DNA of 64,000 nt, from the NCBI GenBank assembly GCA_040954595.2, contig CM082593.2, forward strand, positions 11,483,477 through 11,547,476, read 5' to 3'. Below are positions 1-12,774 of this stretch, piece by piece. Numbering within the stretch: the first letter of the stretch is position 1; each line of letters begins with the position of its first letter. A program made the translations under genes and the position numbers. This DNA is from Balanoglossus misakiensis. Taxonomy: Eukaryota > Animalia > Hemichordata. The notes beneath the pieces were generated by a model, which saw only the letters and a list, made by a program, of their open reading frames with translations, did no database searches and was not told the origin of the DNA.

Positions 1-1339
1 AATTTTTCGAAAAAAAGTCGAAAATGGTAATTTTGTCTTGGGTGATTCAAATTATACCACCTTTTCTGGAATTTGCAGCACTTTTTAAAAGAGAACGACA
101 CTTCATGCTCCATAATATTTCCGAAAATGAAGAAAAGAGTTTATTTTTTATGATTTTTTAAAAATTTACCATTTTTGTCAAAATATGGCCAAAATGGCTA
201 TTTTTTCTTGAATTCCGTCAATATCTCTGCATTTTTGGAGTGGTCGAAACTTTTAACATACAATCAACATGTCGTTATGATCGGGGCACCAAATTCGAAG
301 AACAAAGGTTTTTTTATTTTTTTTTCTAAAAATGACATTTTCAAGGAAAATTTGGTAAAACGCAATTGTGTCTGCAGTGAGCCAAATTAGACGGTCTTTT
401 GTGGAATTTGTATCGATATATACATACGAAGAGCATTCTATACTCCATCAGATTTCCGAAAATGTAGAAAACTGGTATTTTTTGTAATTTTCAAAATTTT
501 TCCATTTTGACCAAATTGTGCTTAAATTGTTATTTTCGCGTTGAATGCCGCCAGTGTTACTGCTTTTAAAAGTCATGAAAACTTTTAACATACAAGCAAT
601 TGTTTATATATGATCTTGATAGACGGTCTTTTGTGGAATTTGTATCGATATATACATACGAAGAGCATTCTATACTCCATCAGATTTCCGAAAATGTAGA
701 AAACAGGTATTTTTTGTAATTTTCAAAAATTTACCATTTTGACCAAATTGTGGCTAAAATTGTTATTTTCGTGTTGAATGCCGCCAGTGTCACTGCTTTT
801 AAAAGTCATAAAAACTTTTAACATACAAGCAATTGTTTATATATGATCAGGTCACCGAATTAAAAAAATAAAGAATGTTTGACTAAAAATGACCTTTTTG
901 GTGCAAAAACGAATAAAACGCAATTTTGTATTAAATCAGCTCATTCAGACTGCATTTTTATAATCAGCACCATTTTTACATATAATGGAAATTTCATACA
1001 TCATCGGATATCCAAATATGAAAAGATGATTTACATTTTAGATGATTGTCCAAAATTAGCTGATATCTAATAAATGTAGTATTGAACCGTTCTGTTCCCC
1101 CCCCCCCCCTTACATTATATGCGGTACGCCGATGTCAGCTTACCCGGCAGTACTGTAGGCCGTGCCCCCAACAAACGTCGGTGTTTGAAACGCCCTGGTT
1201 AAATTCGGGCTCTCTCTATAAATCGACAGGCAATAATGCAGTCCTACCGGAACAAATGTCAAGTGTTGAACCGCTGTGACTTTCCCTGTTCGGTTTGCCC
1301 GACTTAGCCAACGTCTTTGTACTAGAGTGTCGGGTCTTT

Positions 1340-2200
1340 TGCAGAGCCAGGCCGAAGGAAATCCGACTTGATCACCGTTGCTAACGAACGCTAGTGTCTG
1401 TCATGGTGTGCCGGGGTTTTAGTCGAGCCAGGCCGTAGGAGATCTGACTTGATCATCGTGGTCAATGTACGCGTGTTTCCGCTCTAAAGTGCCGGGGCTT
1501 CAGCTAAACCAGGCCGTAGGAAATCCGACGTAATCACCGTTGATAACTTACGCCAGTCTGTGTCATATAGAGCCGGTGCACCAGCCGAGTCACGCCGTAG
1601 AAAATCTGACTTGATCAACGTGGTCAATGTACGCCTGTTTCTGCTCTAGAGTGCCGGGGCTTCAGCTGAGCCAGGCCGTAGGAAACCCGACGTGATTACC
1701 GTTGTTAACTTACGCCAGTCTGTGTCCTATATATAGTGCCGGGGCATCAGCCGTGCCAGGCCGAAGGAAATGTGAGAATATCAACGTGGTCTCTGTACGC
1801 GTGTTTCTGCTCTAGAGTGCCAGGGTTTTAGCTAAGCCATGCCGTAGGAAATCTGACTTGATCAACGTTGCTAACGAACGCTAGTGTCTGTCATAGTGTG
1901 CCGGGGTTTTAGTCGAGCCAAGCCGTAGGAGATCAGACTTGATCAACGTAGTCTCTGTACGCGTGTTTCTTCTCTAGAGTGCCGGGGCTTCAGCTGAGCC
2001 AGGCCGTAGGAAACCCATGCCGTAGAAAATCTGACTTGATCACCGTTGCTAACGTACGCTTGTGTCTGTCATATTGTGACGGAGATTTAGTCGAGCCAGG
2101 CCGTAGAAAAATCGACTTGTTCAACGTTACCAGTGTGCAACTGTTTCTGCTCTAGAGTGTCAGGGTTTTAGCCGACTTATGCTGTAGGAAATCTGAGTTG
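1340..2200. repeat. ~81-bp minisatellite (alternating A/B monomers, ~162-bp dimer) forming the GC-richer half of each macrosatellite unit; representative copy
   Basis: The core GCCG(T/A)AG(G/A)A recurs at 1351, 1432, 1513, 1594, 1675, 1760, 1841, 1922 and 2003 (81-bp spacing, one 85-bp). Monomers alternate between CAACGTGGTC..GTACGCGTGTTTCTGCTCTAGAG and CACCGTTGCTAACGAACGCTAGTGTCTGTCAT types. Confidence 0.92.
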
Positions 2201-2229
2201 ATGAACGGGAATTCAATGTTAGAAAACCC

Positions 2230-3150
2230 GTGTGGAAAGTATCTCTACCCGTTTGAAACTAAGAAAAGAATTCATTCTTATTTATTTTGTAAAAAAGACA
2301 ATTTTTCGAAAAAAAGTCGAAAATGGTAATTTTGTCTTGGGTGATTCAAATTATACCACCTTTTCTGGAATTTGCAGCACTTTTTACAAGAGAACGACAC
2401 TTCATGCTCCATAATATTTCCGAAAATGAAGAAAAGAGTTTATTTTTTATGATTTTTTAAAAATTTACCATTTTTGTCAAAATATGGCCAAAATGGCTAT
2501 TTTTTCTTGAATTCCGTCAATATCTCTGCATTTTTGGAGTGGTCGAAACTTTTAACATACAATCAACATGTCGTTATGATCGGGGCACCAAATTCGAAGA
2601 ACAAAGGTTTTTTTATTTTTTTTTCTAAAAATGACATTTTCAAGGAAAATTTGGTAAAACGCAATTGTGTCTGCAGTGAGCCAAATTAGAGGTCTTTTGT
2701 GGAATTTGTATCGATATATACATACGAAGAGCATTCTATACTCCATCAGATTTCCGAAAATGTAGAAAACTGGTATTTTTTGTAATTTTCAAAATTTTTC
2801 CATTTTGACCAAATTGTGCTTAAATTGTTATTTTCGCGTTGAATGCCGCCAGTGTTACTGCTTTTAAAAGTCATGAAAACTTTTAACATACAAGCAATTG
2901 TTTATATATGATCAGATCACCGAATTAAAAAAATAAAGAACGTTTTGACTAAAAATGACCTTTTTGGTGCAAAAACGAAGAAAACGCAATTTTGTATTAA
3001 ATCAGCTCATTCAGAGTGCATTTTTTATAATCAGCACCATTTTTACATATAATGGAAATTTCATACATCATCAGATATCCAAATATGAAAACATGATTTA
3101 GATTTTAGATGATTGTCCAAAATTAGCTGATATCTAATAAATGTAGTATT
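2230..3150. repeat. AT-rich half of the macrosatellite unit, built from diverged ~335-bp subrepeats; representative copy
   Basis: TTCCGAAAATG-AGAAAA...AAAATTT-CCATTTT...ACTTTTAACATACAA...ATGATC...CTAAAAATGAC...AAAACGCAATT occurs twice per unit (~2418 and ~2752), with partial copies on either side. Confidence 0.8.
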
Positions 3151-5141
3151 GAACCGTTCTGTTCCCCCCCCCCCCCCTACATTACATGCGGTACGCCGAT
3201 GTCAGCTTACCCGGCAGGACTGCAGGCCGTGCCCCCAACTAACGTCGGTGTTTGAAACGCCCTGGTTAACTTCGGGCTTTCTCTATAAATTGACAGGCAA
3301 TAATGCAGTCCTACCCGAACAAATGTCGAGTGTTGACCCGCTGTGACATTCCCTCTTCGGTTTGCCCGACTTAGCCAACGTCTTTGTACTAGAGTGTCGG
3401 GTCTTTTGCAGAGCCAGGCCGAAGGAAATCCGACTTGACCACCGTTGCTAACGAACGCTAGTGACTGTCATGGTGTGCCGGGGTTTTAGTCGAGCCAGGC
3501 CGTAGGAGATCTGACTTGATCATCGTGGTCAATGTACGCGTGTTTCCGCTCTAAAGTGCCGGGGCTTCAGCTAAACCAGGCCGTAGGAAATCCGACGTAA
3601 TCACCGTTGATAACTTACGCCAGTCTGTGTCATATAGAGCCGGTGCACCAGCCGAGTCACGCCGTAGGAAATCTGACTTGATCAACGTGGTCAATGTACG
3701 CGTGTTTCTGCTCTAGAGTGTCGGGGCTTATGCTGAGCCAGGTCGTAGGAAACCCGACGTGATTACCGTTGTTAACTTACAACAGTCTGTGTCCTATATA
3801 TAGTGCCGGGGCATCAGCCGTGCCAGGCCGAAGGAAATGTGAGTAGATCAACGTGGTCTCTGTACGCGTGTTTCTGCTCTAGAGTGCCAGGGCTTTAGCC
3901 AAGCCATGCCGTAGAAAATCTGACTTGATCACCGTTGCTAACGAACGCTAGTGTCTGTCATGGTGTGCCGGGGTTTTAGTCGAGCCAGGCCGTAGGAGAT
4001 CTGACTTGATCATCGTGGTCAATGTACGCGTGTTTCCGCTCTAAAGTGCCGGGGCTTTATCCAAGCCATGCCGTAGAAAATCTAACTTGATCACCGTTGC
4101 TAACGTACGCTAGTGTCTGTCATATTGTGACGGAGATTTAACCGAGCCAGGCCGTAGAAAAATCGACTTGTTCAACGTTACCAGTGTGCAACTGTTTCTG
4201 CTCTAGAGTGTCAGGGTTTTAGCCGACTTATGCTGTAGGAAATCTGAGTTGATGAACGGGAATTCAATGTTAGAAAACCCGTGTGGAAAGTATCTCTACC
4301 CGTTTGAAACTAAGAAAAGAATTTATTCTTATTTATTTTGTAAAAAAGACAATTTTTCGAAAAAAAAGTCGAAAATGGTAATTTTGTCTTGGGTGATTCA
4401 AATTATACCACCTTTTCTGGAATTTGCAGCACTTTTTACAAGAGAACGACACTTCATGCTCCATAATATTTCCGAAAATGAAGAAAAGAGTTTATTTTTT
4501 ATGATTTTTTAAAAATTTACCATTTTTGTCAAAATATGGCCAAAATGGCTATTTTTTCTTGAATTCCGTCAATATCTCTGCATTTTTGGAGTTGTCGAAA
4601 GTTTTAACATAAATTCAACATGTCATATATGATCAGGGCACCACATTCGAAGAACAAAGGTTTTTTTATTTTTTTTTCTAAAAATGACATTTTCAAGGAA
4701 AATTTGGTAAAACGCAATTTTGTCTGCAGTAAGCCATATTAGACTGTCTTTTTTTTTGGAATTTCTATCGATATATACATACGAAGAGCATTCTATACTC
4801 CATCAGATTTCCGAAAATGTAGAAAACAGGTATTTTTTGTAATTTTCAAAAATTTACCATTTTGACCAAATTGTGGCTAAAATTGTTATTTTCGTGTTGA
4901 ATGCCGCCAGTGTCACAGCTTTTAAAAGTCATAAAAACTTTTAACATACAAGCAATTGTTTATATATGATCAGGTCACCGAATTAAAAAAATAAAGAATG
5001 TTTTGCCTAAAAATGACCTTTTTGGTGTAAAAACGAATAAAACGCAATTTTGTATTAAATCAGAATGCATTTTTATAATCAGCACCATTTTTACATATAA
5101 TGGAAATTTCATACATCATCAGATATCCAAATATGAAAAAA

Positions 5142-6979
5142 TAGCGTCAAGGACACTGTGGTCCCATTTGAGGATTATGCGGAAACAGTGACACACCAGA
5201 ATAAAAATTACAGGTGACATTGCAAGCAGATCTACAAGCAGCAATATCGGGCCCAAGCCAACATAGCACATAGCAATATAGCAATAAGCATATCTGCTCT
5301 GGATGCCAAGATATGGAAAAGTATGTCAAAGGTCACCTGAGGTTATGCAAAATTTGGGCAAGAAATTTTGACCGTATACTGGTCCATGTTCAACAAAAAC
5401 CAAACCTATAGCCCTATTGGTTAGCCTGGAATTAGGTATGCACATAATAAATGAGATATGCAGGTGTCACAGATGACCCCAAATTTTGGTTTTCAATTTT
5501 AGTCCCAACCCTCCAAACGCCAAGTCTGTACCTGCTCTGGATGCCAAGATATGATAAAGTAAGTCAAAGGTCACCTGAGGTCATGCAAAATTTGGGCAAG
5601 AAATTTTGACCCTATACTGGTCCAGGTTCAACAAAAACCAAACCTATAGCCATATTGGTTAGCCTGGAATTAGGTATGCACATAATTAATGAGAAATGCA
5701 GGTGTCACAGGTGACCCCCAATTTTGGCTTTTCAATTTTAGTCCCAACCCTCCAAACGCCAAGTCTGTACCTGCTCTGGATGCCAAGATATGATAAAGTA
5801 GGTCAAAGGTCACCTGAGGTCATGCAAAATTTGGGCAAGAAATTTTGACCTTATACTGGTCCATGTTCAACAAAAACCAAACCTATTGCCCTATTGGTTA
5901 GCCTGGAATTAGGTATGCACATAATTAATGAGATATGCAGGTGTCACAGGTGACCCCCCAATTTTGGCTTTTCAATTTTAGTCCCAACCCTCCGAACGCC
6001 AAGTCTGTACCTGCTCTGGATGCCAAGAAATGGTAAAGTAGGTCAAAGGTCACCTGAAGTCATGCAAAATTTGGGCAAGAAATTTAGACCCTATACTGGT
6101 CCATGTTCAACAAAAACCAAACCTATAGCCCTATTGGTTAGCCTGGAATTAGGTATGCACATAATAAATGAGATATGCAGGTGTCACAGGTGACCAATAT
6201 TTTGGCTTTTCAATTTTAGTCCCAACCCTCCAAACGCCAAGTCTGTACCTGCTCTGGATGCCGAGATATAGGAAAGTAGGTCAAAGGTCACCTGAGGTCA
6301 CCCAAAATTTGGGCAAGAAATTTTGACCCTATACTGGTCCATGTCCCACAAGAACGAAACCTCTAGCCCTATTAGTTAGCCCGGAATTAGGTATGCACAT
6401 AATTAATGTGTTAAGCAGGTGTTACAGGTGAGCCCAAAATTTTGCCTTTTATTTTGGCCCCATTGTGCTCACTGACCAATAGACAGTCACTGTACAGGAC
6501 TATTGCACAGACCAGAATTCCACAATAAGACGTGGACATAGCTTAACCATAGAGGTATAAGTAAAGGTATACATTTAATAAAAAGACTAAAAAATTCATA
6601 AAAAATAAAACATCAATGATATTAACTAAACACTTACAGGTCGATGTGAGGTTGACATAAGGTACATGCATACCAATTTTGAAAGCAATCTGACGAGTAG
6701 TTGTTGACTTTCAGAGTTTTGATAAATTTCACATTTTTCCAGCTAATTTGCATATTTTTGGGCCTGGCAACTTCGTTTGGACAAACTCCCATCTACAGCC
6801 CAGCCTGCACCTACACACCAAATATTGAGGTGATACGCGCAGCGGTTTTCAAGTTTTTGATGTGGACGGACATACAGACATACATCCATCCATACATCCA
6901 TACATACATCCATACATACATACAGACGCAACCGATCCCATAAGGTCCCATGGTATATATGCCTATACCAATGGGACCT
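5142..6979 (-). mobile_element. Non-autonomous Helentron-like element (HINE/DINE-1 type) with ~239-bp central tandem repeats
   Basis: Absent from sister satellite units. Read on the minus strand: 5' hairpin AGGTCCCATTGGTATA...TATACCATGGGACCT, then a (GTAT/GGAT)n microsatellite (~6870-6925), ~5 monomers of ~239 bp (5351, 5589, 5828, 6068, 6305), a 3' subterminal IR AATGGGACC and a small stem GGAC-CACAGT-GTCC. Inserted in an A/T run. This layout matches the established HINE/DINE-1 architecture. Confidence 0.85.
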
Positions 6980-8495
6980 AAAAATGATTTAGATTTTAAA
7001 TGATTGTCCAAAATTAGCTGATATCTAATAAATGTAGTATTGAACCGTTCTGTTCCCCCCCCCCCCCACATTATATGCGGTACGCCGATGTCAGTTTACC
7101 CGGCAGTACTGCAGGCCGTGCCCCCAACTAACGTCGGTGTTTGAAACGCCCTGGTTAAATTCGGGCTTTCTCTAGAAATTGACAGGCAATAATGCAGTCC
7201 TACCCGAACAAATGTCAAGTGTTGAACCGCTGTGACTTTCCCTCTTCGGTTTGCCCGACTTAGCCAACGTCTATGTACTAGAGTGTCGGGTCTTTTGCAG
7301 AGCCAGGCCGAAGGAAATCCGACTTGATCACCGTTGCTAACGAACGCTAGTGTCTGTCATGGTGTGCCGGGGTTTTAGTCGAGCCAGGCCGTAGGAGATC
7401 TGACTTGATCATCGTGGTCAATGTACGCGTGTTTCCGCTCTAAAGTGCCGGGGCTTCAGCTAAACCAGGCCGAAGGAAATCCGACGTAATCACCGTTGAT
7501 AACTTACGCCAGTCTGTGTCATATAGAGCCGGTGCACCAGCCGAGTAACGCCGTAGGAAATCTGACTTGATCAACGTGGTCAATGTACGCCTGTTTCTGC
7601 TCTAGAGTGCCGGGGCTTCAGCTGAGCCAGGCCGTAGGAAACCCGACGTGATTACCGTTGTTAACTTACGCCAGTCTGTGTCCTATATATAGTGCCGGGG
7701 CATCAGCCGTGCCAGGCCGAAGGAAATGTGAGTAGATCAACGTGGTCTCTGTACGCGTGTTTCTGCTCTAGAATGCCAGGGCTTTAGCCAAGCCATGCCG
7801 TAGGAAATCTGACTTGATCAACGTTGCTAACGAACGCTAGTGTCTGTCATAGTGTGCCGGGGTTTTAGTCGAGCCAAGCCGTAGGAGATCAGACTTGATC
7901 AACGTGGTCTCTGTACGCGTGTTTCTGCTCTAGAGTGCCGGGGCTTTATCCAAGCCATGCCGTAGAAAATCTGACTTGATCACCGTTGCTAACGTTTGCT
8001 AGTGTCTGTCATATTGTGACGGAGATTTAGCCGAGCCAGGCCATAGAAAAATCGACTTGTTCAACGTTACCAGTGTGCAACTGTTTCTGCTCTAGAGTGT
8101 CAGGGTTTTAGCCGACTTATGCTGTAGGAAATCTGAGTTGATGAACGGGAATTCAATGTTAGAAAACCCGTGTGGAAAGTATCTCTACCCGTTTGAAACT
8201 AAGAAAAGAATTTATTCTTATTTATTTTGTAAAAAAGACAATTTTACGAAAAAAAAGTCGAAAATGGTAATTTTGTCTTGGGTGATTCAAATTATACCGC
8301 CTTTTCTGGAATTTGCAGCACTTTTTACAAGAGAACGACACTTCATGCTCCATAATATTTCCGAAAATGAAGAAAAGAGTTAATTTTTTATGATTATTTA
8401 AAAATTTACCATTTTTGTCAAAATATGGCCAAAATGGCTATTTTTTCTTGAATTCCGTCAATATCTCTGCATTTTTGGAGTTGTCGAAAGTTTTA

Positions 8496-8919
8496 CAGCC
8501 GAAATTATGAAAGGTCGCCGATTCAATATGTGATCTAGACGTCCTGTGTGCACTGAACACACGATGTGTTTATCTAACACAAACAACAGAACCTCTCATA
8601 AAAGAGATGCGGTATCATTAGACTAATTACAGATGGTAGTCTGGAAACACGCTCCCCCTCAGAGAGAGTTGTTTACTTGGGTACACTCTCAACATAAAGC
8701 GTATACACTTTGAGATTAAACTTTGACATCGTACCCAAGTAAACAACTCTCTCTGAGGGGGAGCGTGTTTCCAGACTACCATCTGTAATTAGTCTAATGA
8801 TACCGCATCTCTTTTATGAGAGGTTCTGTTGTTTGTGTTAGATAAACACATCGTGTGTTCAGTGCACACAGGACGTCTAGATCACATATTGAATCGGCGA
8901 CCTTTCATAATTTCGGCTG
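8496..8919. mobile_element. Fold-back MITE, 424 bp, 189-bp perfect TIRs, TA target-site duplication (Tc1/mariner-like)
   Basis: 8496-8684 is the reverse complement of 8731-8919, with a 46-bp spacer. Termini are CAGCCG...CGGCTG, flanked by TA (8494-8495, 8920-8921). The empty site GAAAGTTTTAACATAC in sister units has a single TA. Confidence 0.93.
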
Positions 8920-10486
8920 TAACATACAATCAACATGTCATATATGATCAGGGCACCACATTCGAAGAACAAAGGTTTTTTTATTTTTTTTTCTTCTAAA
9001 AATGACATTTTCAAGGAAAATTTGGTAAAACGCAATTTTGTCTGCAGTGAGCCAAATTAGACGGTATTTTGTGGAATTTGTATCGATATTTACATACGAA
9101 GAGCATTCTATACTCCATCAGATTTCCGAAAATGTAGAAAACAGGTATTTTTTGTAATTTTCAAAAATTTACCATTTTGACCAAATTGTGGCTAAAATTG
9201 TTATTTTCGTGTTGAATGCCGCCAGTGTCACTGCTTTTAAAAGTCATAAAAACTTTTAACAAACAAGCAATTCTTTATATATGATCAGGTCACCGAATTA
9301 AAAAAATAAAGAATGTTTTGCCTAAAAATGTCCTTTTAGGTGCAAAAACGAATAAAACGTAATTTTGTATTAAATCAGCTCATTCAGAGTGCATTTTTTA
9401 TAATCAGCACCATTTTTACATATACTGGAAATTTCATACATCATCAGATATCCAAATATGAAAAAATGATTTAGATTTTAGATGATTGTCCAAAATTAGC
9501 TGATATCTAATAAATGTAGTATTGAACCGTTCTGTCCCCCCCCCCCCCCCCTACATTATATGCGGTACGCCGATGTCAGCTTACCCGGCAGTACTGCAGG
9601 CCGTGCCCCCAACTAACGTCTGTGTTTGAAACGCCCTGGTAAAATTCGGGCTTTCTCAGTATAAATTGACAGGCAATAATGCAGTCCTACCCGAACAAAT
9701 GTCGAGTGTTGACCCGCTGTGACTTTCCCTCTTCGGTTTGCCCGATTAGCCAACGTCTTTGTACTAGAGTGTCGGGTCTTTTGCAGAGCCAGGCCGAAGG
9801 AAATCCGACATGATCACCGTTGCTAACGAACGCTAGTGTCTGTCATGGTGTGCCGGGGTTTTAGTCGAGCCAGGCCGTAGGAGATCTGACTTGATCATCG
9901 TGGTCAATGTACGCGTGTTTCCGCTCTAAAGTGCCGGGGCTTCAGCTAAACCAGGCCGTAGGAAATCCGACGTAATCACCGTTGATAACTTACGCCAGTC
10001 TGTCTCATATAGAGCCGGTGCACCAGCCGAGTCACGCCGTAGGAAATCTGACTTGATCAACGTGGTCAATGTGCGCCTGTTTCTGCTCTAGAGTGCCGGG
10101 GCTTCAGCTGAGCCAGGCCGTAGGAAACCCGACGTGATTACCGTTGTTAACTTACGCCAGTCTGTGTCCTATATATAGTGCCGGGGCATCAGCCGTGCCA
10201 GGCCGAAGGAAATGTGTGTAGATCAACGTGGTCTCTGTACGCGTGTTTCTGCTCTAGAGTGCCAGGGCTTTAGCCAAGCCATGCCGTAGGAAATCTGACT
10301 TCATCAACGTTGCTAACGAACGCTAGTGTCTGTCATAGTGTGCCGGGGTTTTAGTCGAGCCAAGCCGTAGGAGATCAGACTTGATCAACGTGGTCTCTGT
10401 ACGCGTGTTTCTGCTCTAGAGTGCCGGGGCTTTATCCAAGCCATGCCGTAGAAAATCTGACTTGATCACCGTTGCTAACGTACGCT

Positions 10487-11034
10487 AGATTTCCTACGGC
10501 ATGGCTTGGCTAAAGCCCTGGCACTCTAGAGCAGAAACACGCGTACAGAGACCACGTTGATCTACTCACATTTCCTTCGGCCTGGCACGGCTGATGCCCC
10601 GGCACTATATATCGGACACAAATCTGACTTGATCAACGTGGTCAATGTACGCCTGTTTCTGCTCTAGAGTGCCGGGGCTTCAGCTGAGCCAGGCCGTAGG
10701 AAACCCGACGTGATTACCGTTGTTAACTTACGCCAGTCTGTGTCCTATATATAGTGCCGGGGCATCAGCCGTGCCAGGCCGAAGGAAATGTGAGTAGATC
10801 AACGTGGTCTCTGTACGCGTGTTTCTGCTCTAGAGTGCCGGGGCTTTATCCAAGCCATGCCGTAGAAAATCTGACTTGATCACCGTTGCTAACGTACGCT
10901 AGATTTCCTACGGCATGGCTTGGCTAAAGCCCTGGCACTCTAGAGCAGAAACACGCGTACAGAGACCACGTTGATCTACTCACATTTCCTTCGGCCTGGC
11001 ACGGCTGATGCCCCGGCACTATATATAGGACACA
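10487..11034 (-). repeat. Two copies (10487-10620, 10901-11034) of a ~134-bp inverted piece of the 81-bp minisatellite, 414 bp apart
   Basis: AGATTTCCTACGGCATGGCTTGGC...GGCACTATATAT(A/C)GGACACA is the reverse complement of the neighbouring forward monomers. Both copies share the same junctions. Confidence 0.92.
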
Positions 11035-12774
11035 AATCTGACTTGATCAACGTGGTCAATGTACGCCTGTTTCTGCTCTAGAGTGCCGGGGCTTCAGCTG
11101 AGCCAGGCCGTAGGAAACCCGACGTGATTACCGTTGTTAACTTACGCCAGTCTGTGTCCTATATATAGTGCCGGGGCATCAGCCGTGCCAGGCCGAAGGA
11201 AATGTGAGTAGATCAACGTGGTCTCTGTACGCGTGTTTCTGCTCTAGAGTGCCAGGGCTTTAGCCAAGCCATGCCGTAGGAAATCTGACTTGATCAACGT
11301 TGCTAACGAACGCTAGTGTCTGTCATAGTGTGCCGGGGTTTTAGTCGAGCCAAGCCGTAGGAGATCAGACTTGATCAACGTGGTCTCTGTACGCGTGTTT
11401 CTGCTCTAGAGTGCCGGGGCTTTATCCAAGCCATGCCGTAGAAAATCTGACTTGATCACCGTTGCTAACGTACGCTAGTGTCTGTCATATTGTGACGGAG
11501 ATTTAGCCGAGCCAGGCCATAGAAAAATCAACTTGTTCAACGTTACCAGTGTGCAACTGTTTCTGCTCTAGAGTGTCAGGGTTTTAGCCGACTTATGCTG
11601 TAGGAAATCTGAGTTGATGAATGGGAATTCAATGTTAGAAACCCGTGTGGAAAGTATCTCTACCCGTTTGAAACTAAGAAAAGAATTTATTCTTATTTAT
11701 TTTGTAAAAAAAGACAATTTTTCGAAAAAAAGTCGAAAATGGTAATTTTGTCTTGGGTGATTCAAATTATACCGCCTTTTCTGGAATTTGCAGCACTTTT
11801 TACAAGAGAACGACACTTCATGCTCCATAATATTTCCGAAAATGAAGAAAAGAGTTAATTTTTTATGATTTTTTAAAAATTTACCATTTGTGTCAAAATA
11901 TGGCCAAAATGGCTATTTTTTCTTGAATTCCGTCAATATCTCTGCATTTTTGGAGTGGTCGAAAGTTTTAACATACAATCAACATGTCATATATGATCAG
12001 GGCACCAAATTCGAAGAACAAAGGTTTTTTTATTTTTCTTCTAAAAATGACATTTTCAAGAAAAATTTGGTAAAACGCAATTTTGTCTGAAGTGAGCCAA
12101 ATTAGACGGTCTTTTGTGGAATTTGTAACGATATATATATACGAAGAGCATTCTATACTCCATCAGATTTCCGAAAATGTAGAAAACAGGTATTTTTTGT
12201 AATTTTCAAAAATTTACCATTTTGACCAAATTGTGGCTAAAATTGTTATTTTCGTGTTAAATGCCGCCAGTGTCACTGCTTTTAAAAGTCATAAAAACTT
12301 TTAACATACAAGCAATTGTTTATATATGATCAGGTCACCGAATTAAAAAAATAAAGAATGTTTTGCCTAAAAATGACCTTTTTGGTGCAAAAAAGATTAA
12401 AACGCAATTTTGTATTAAATTGTCCAAAATTAGCTGATATCTAATAAATGTAGTATTGAACCGTTCTGTTCCACCCCCCCCCCCCTACATTATATGCGGT
12501 ACGCCGATGTCAGCTTACCCGGCAGTACTGCAGGCCGTGCCCCCAACTAACGTCGGTGTTTGAAACGCCCTGGTTAAATTCGGGCTTTCTCTAGAAATTG
12601 ACAGGCAATAATGCAGTCCTACCCGAACAAATGTCAAGTGTTGAACCGCTGTGACTTTCCCTCTTCGGTTTGCCCGACTTAGCCAACGTCTTTAGCTTCA
12701 GCTAAACCAGGCCGTAGGAAATCCGACGTAATCACCGTTGATAACTTACGCCAGTCTGTGTCATATAGAGCCGG

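Noticed and set aside
1340-2200. CRISPR-like array (conserved GCCGTAGGAAATCTGACTTGATCA core alternating with variable segments)
   Set aside because: The intervening segments are homologous to one another and recur in every unit rather than being unique spacers. There are no cas genes and the context is eukaryotic.
5136-6985. AAAAAT as a 6-bp TSD of a cut-and-paste element
   Set aside because: There are no true terminal inverted repeats. The second copy's flanks do not fit a TSD given the LINE frame, and terminal Ts with T-run insertion explain both sites.
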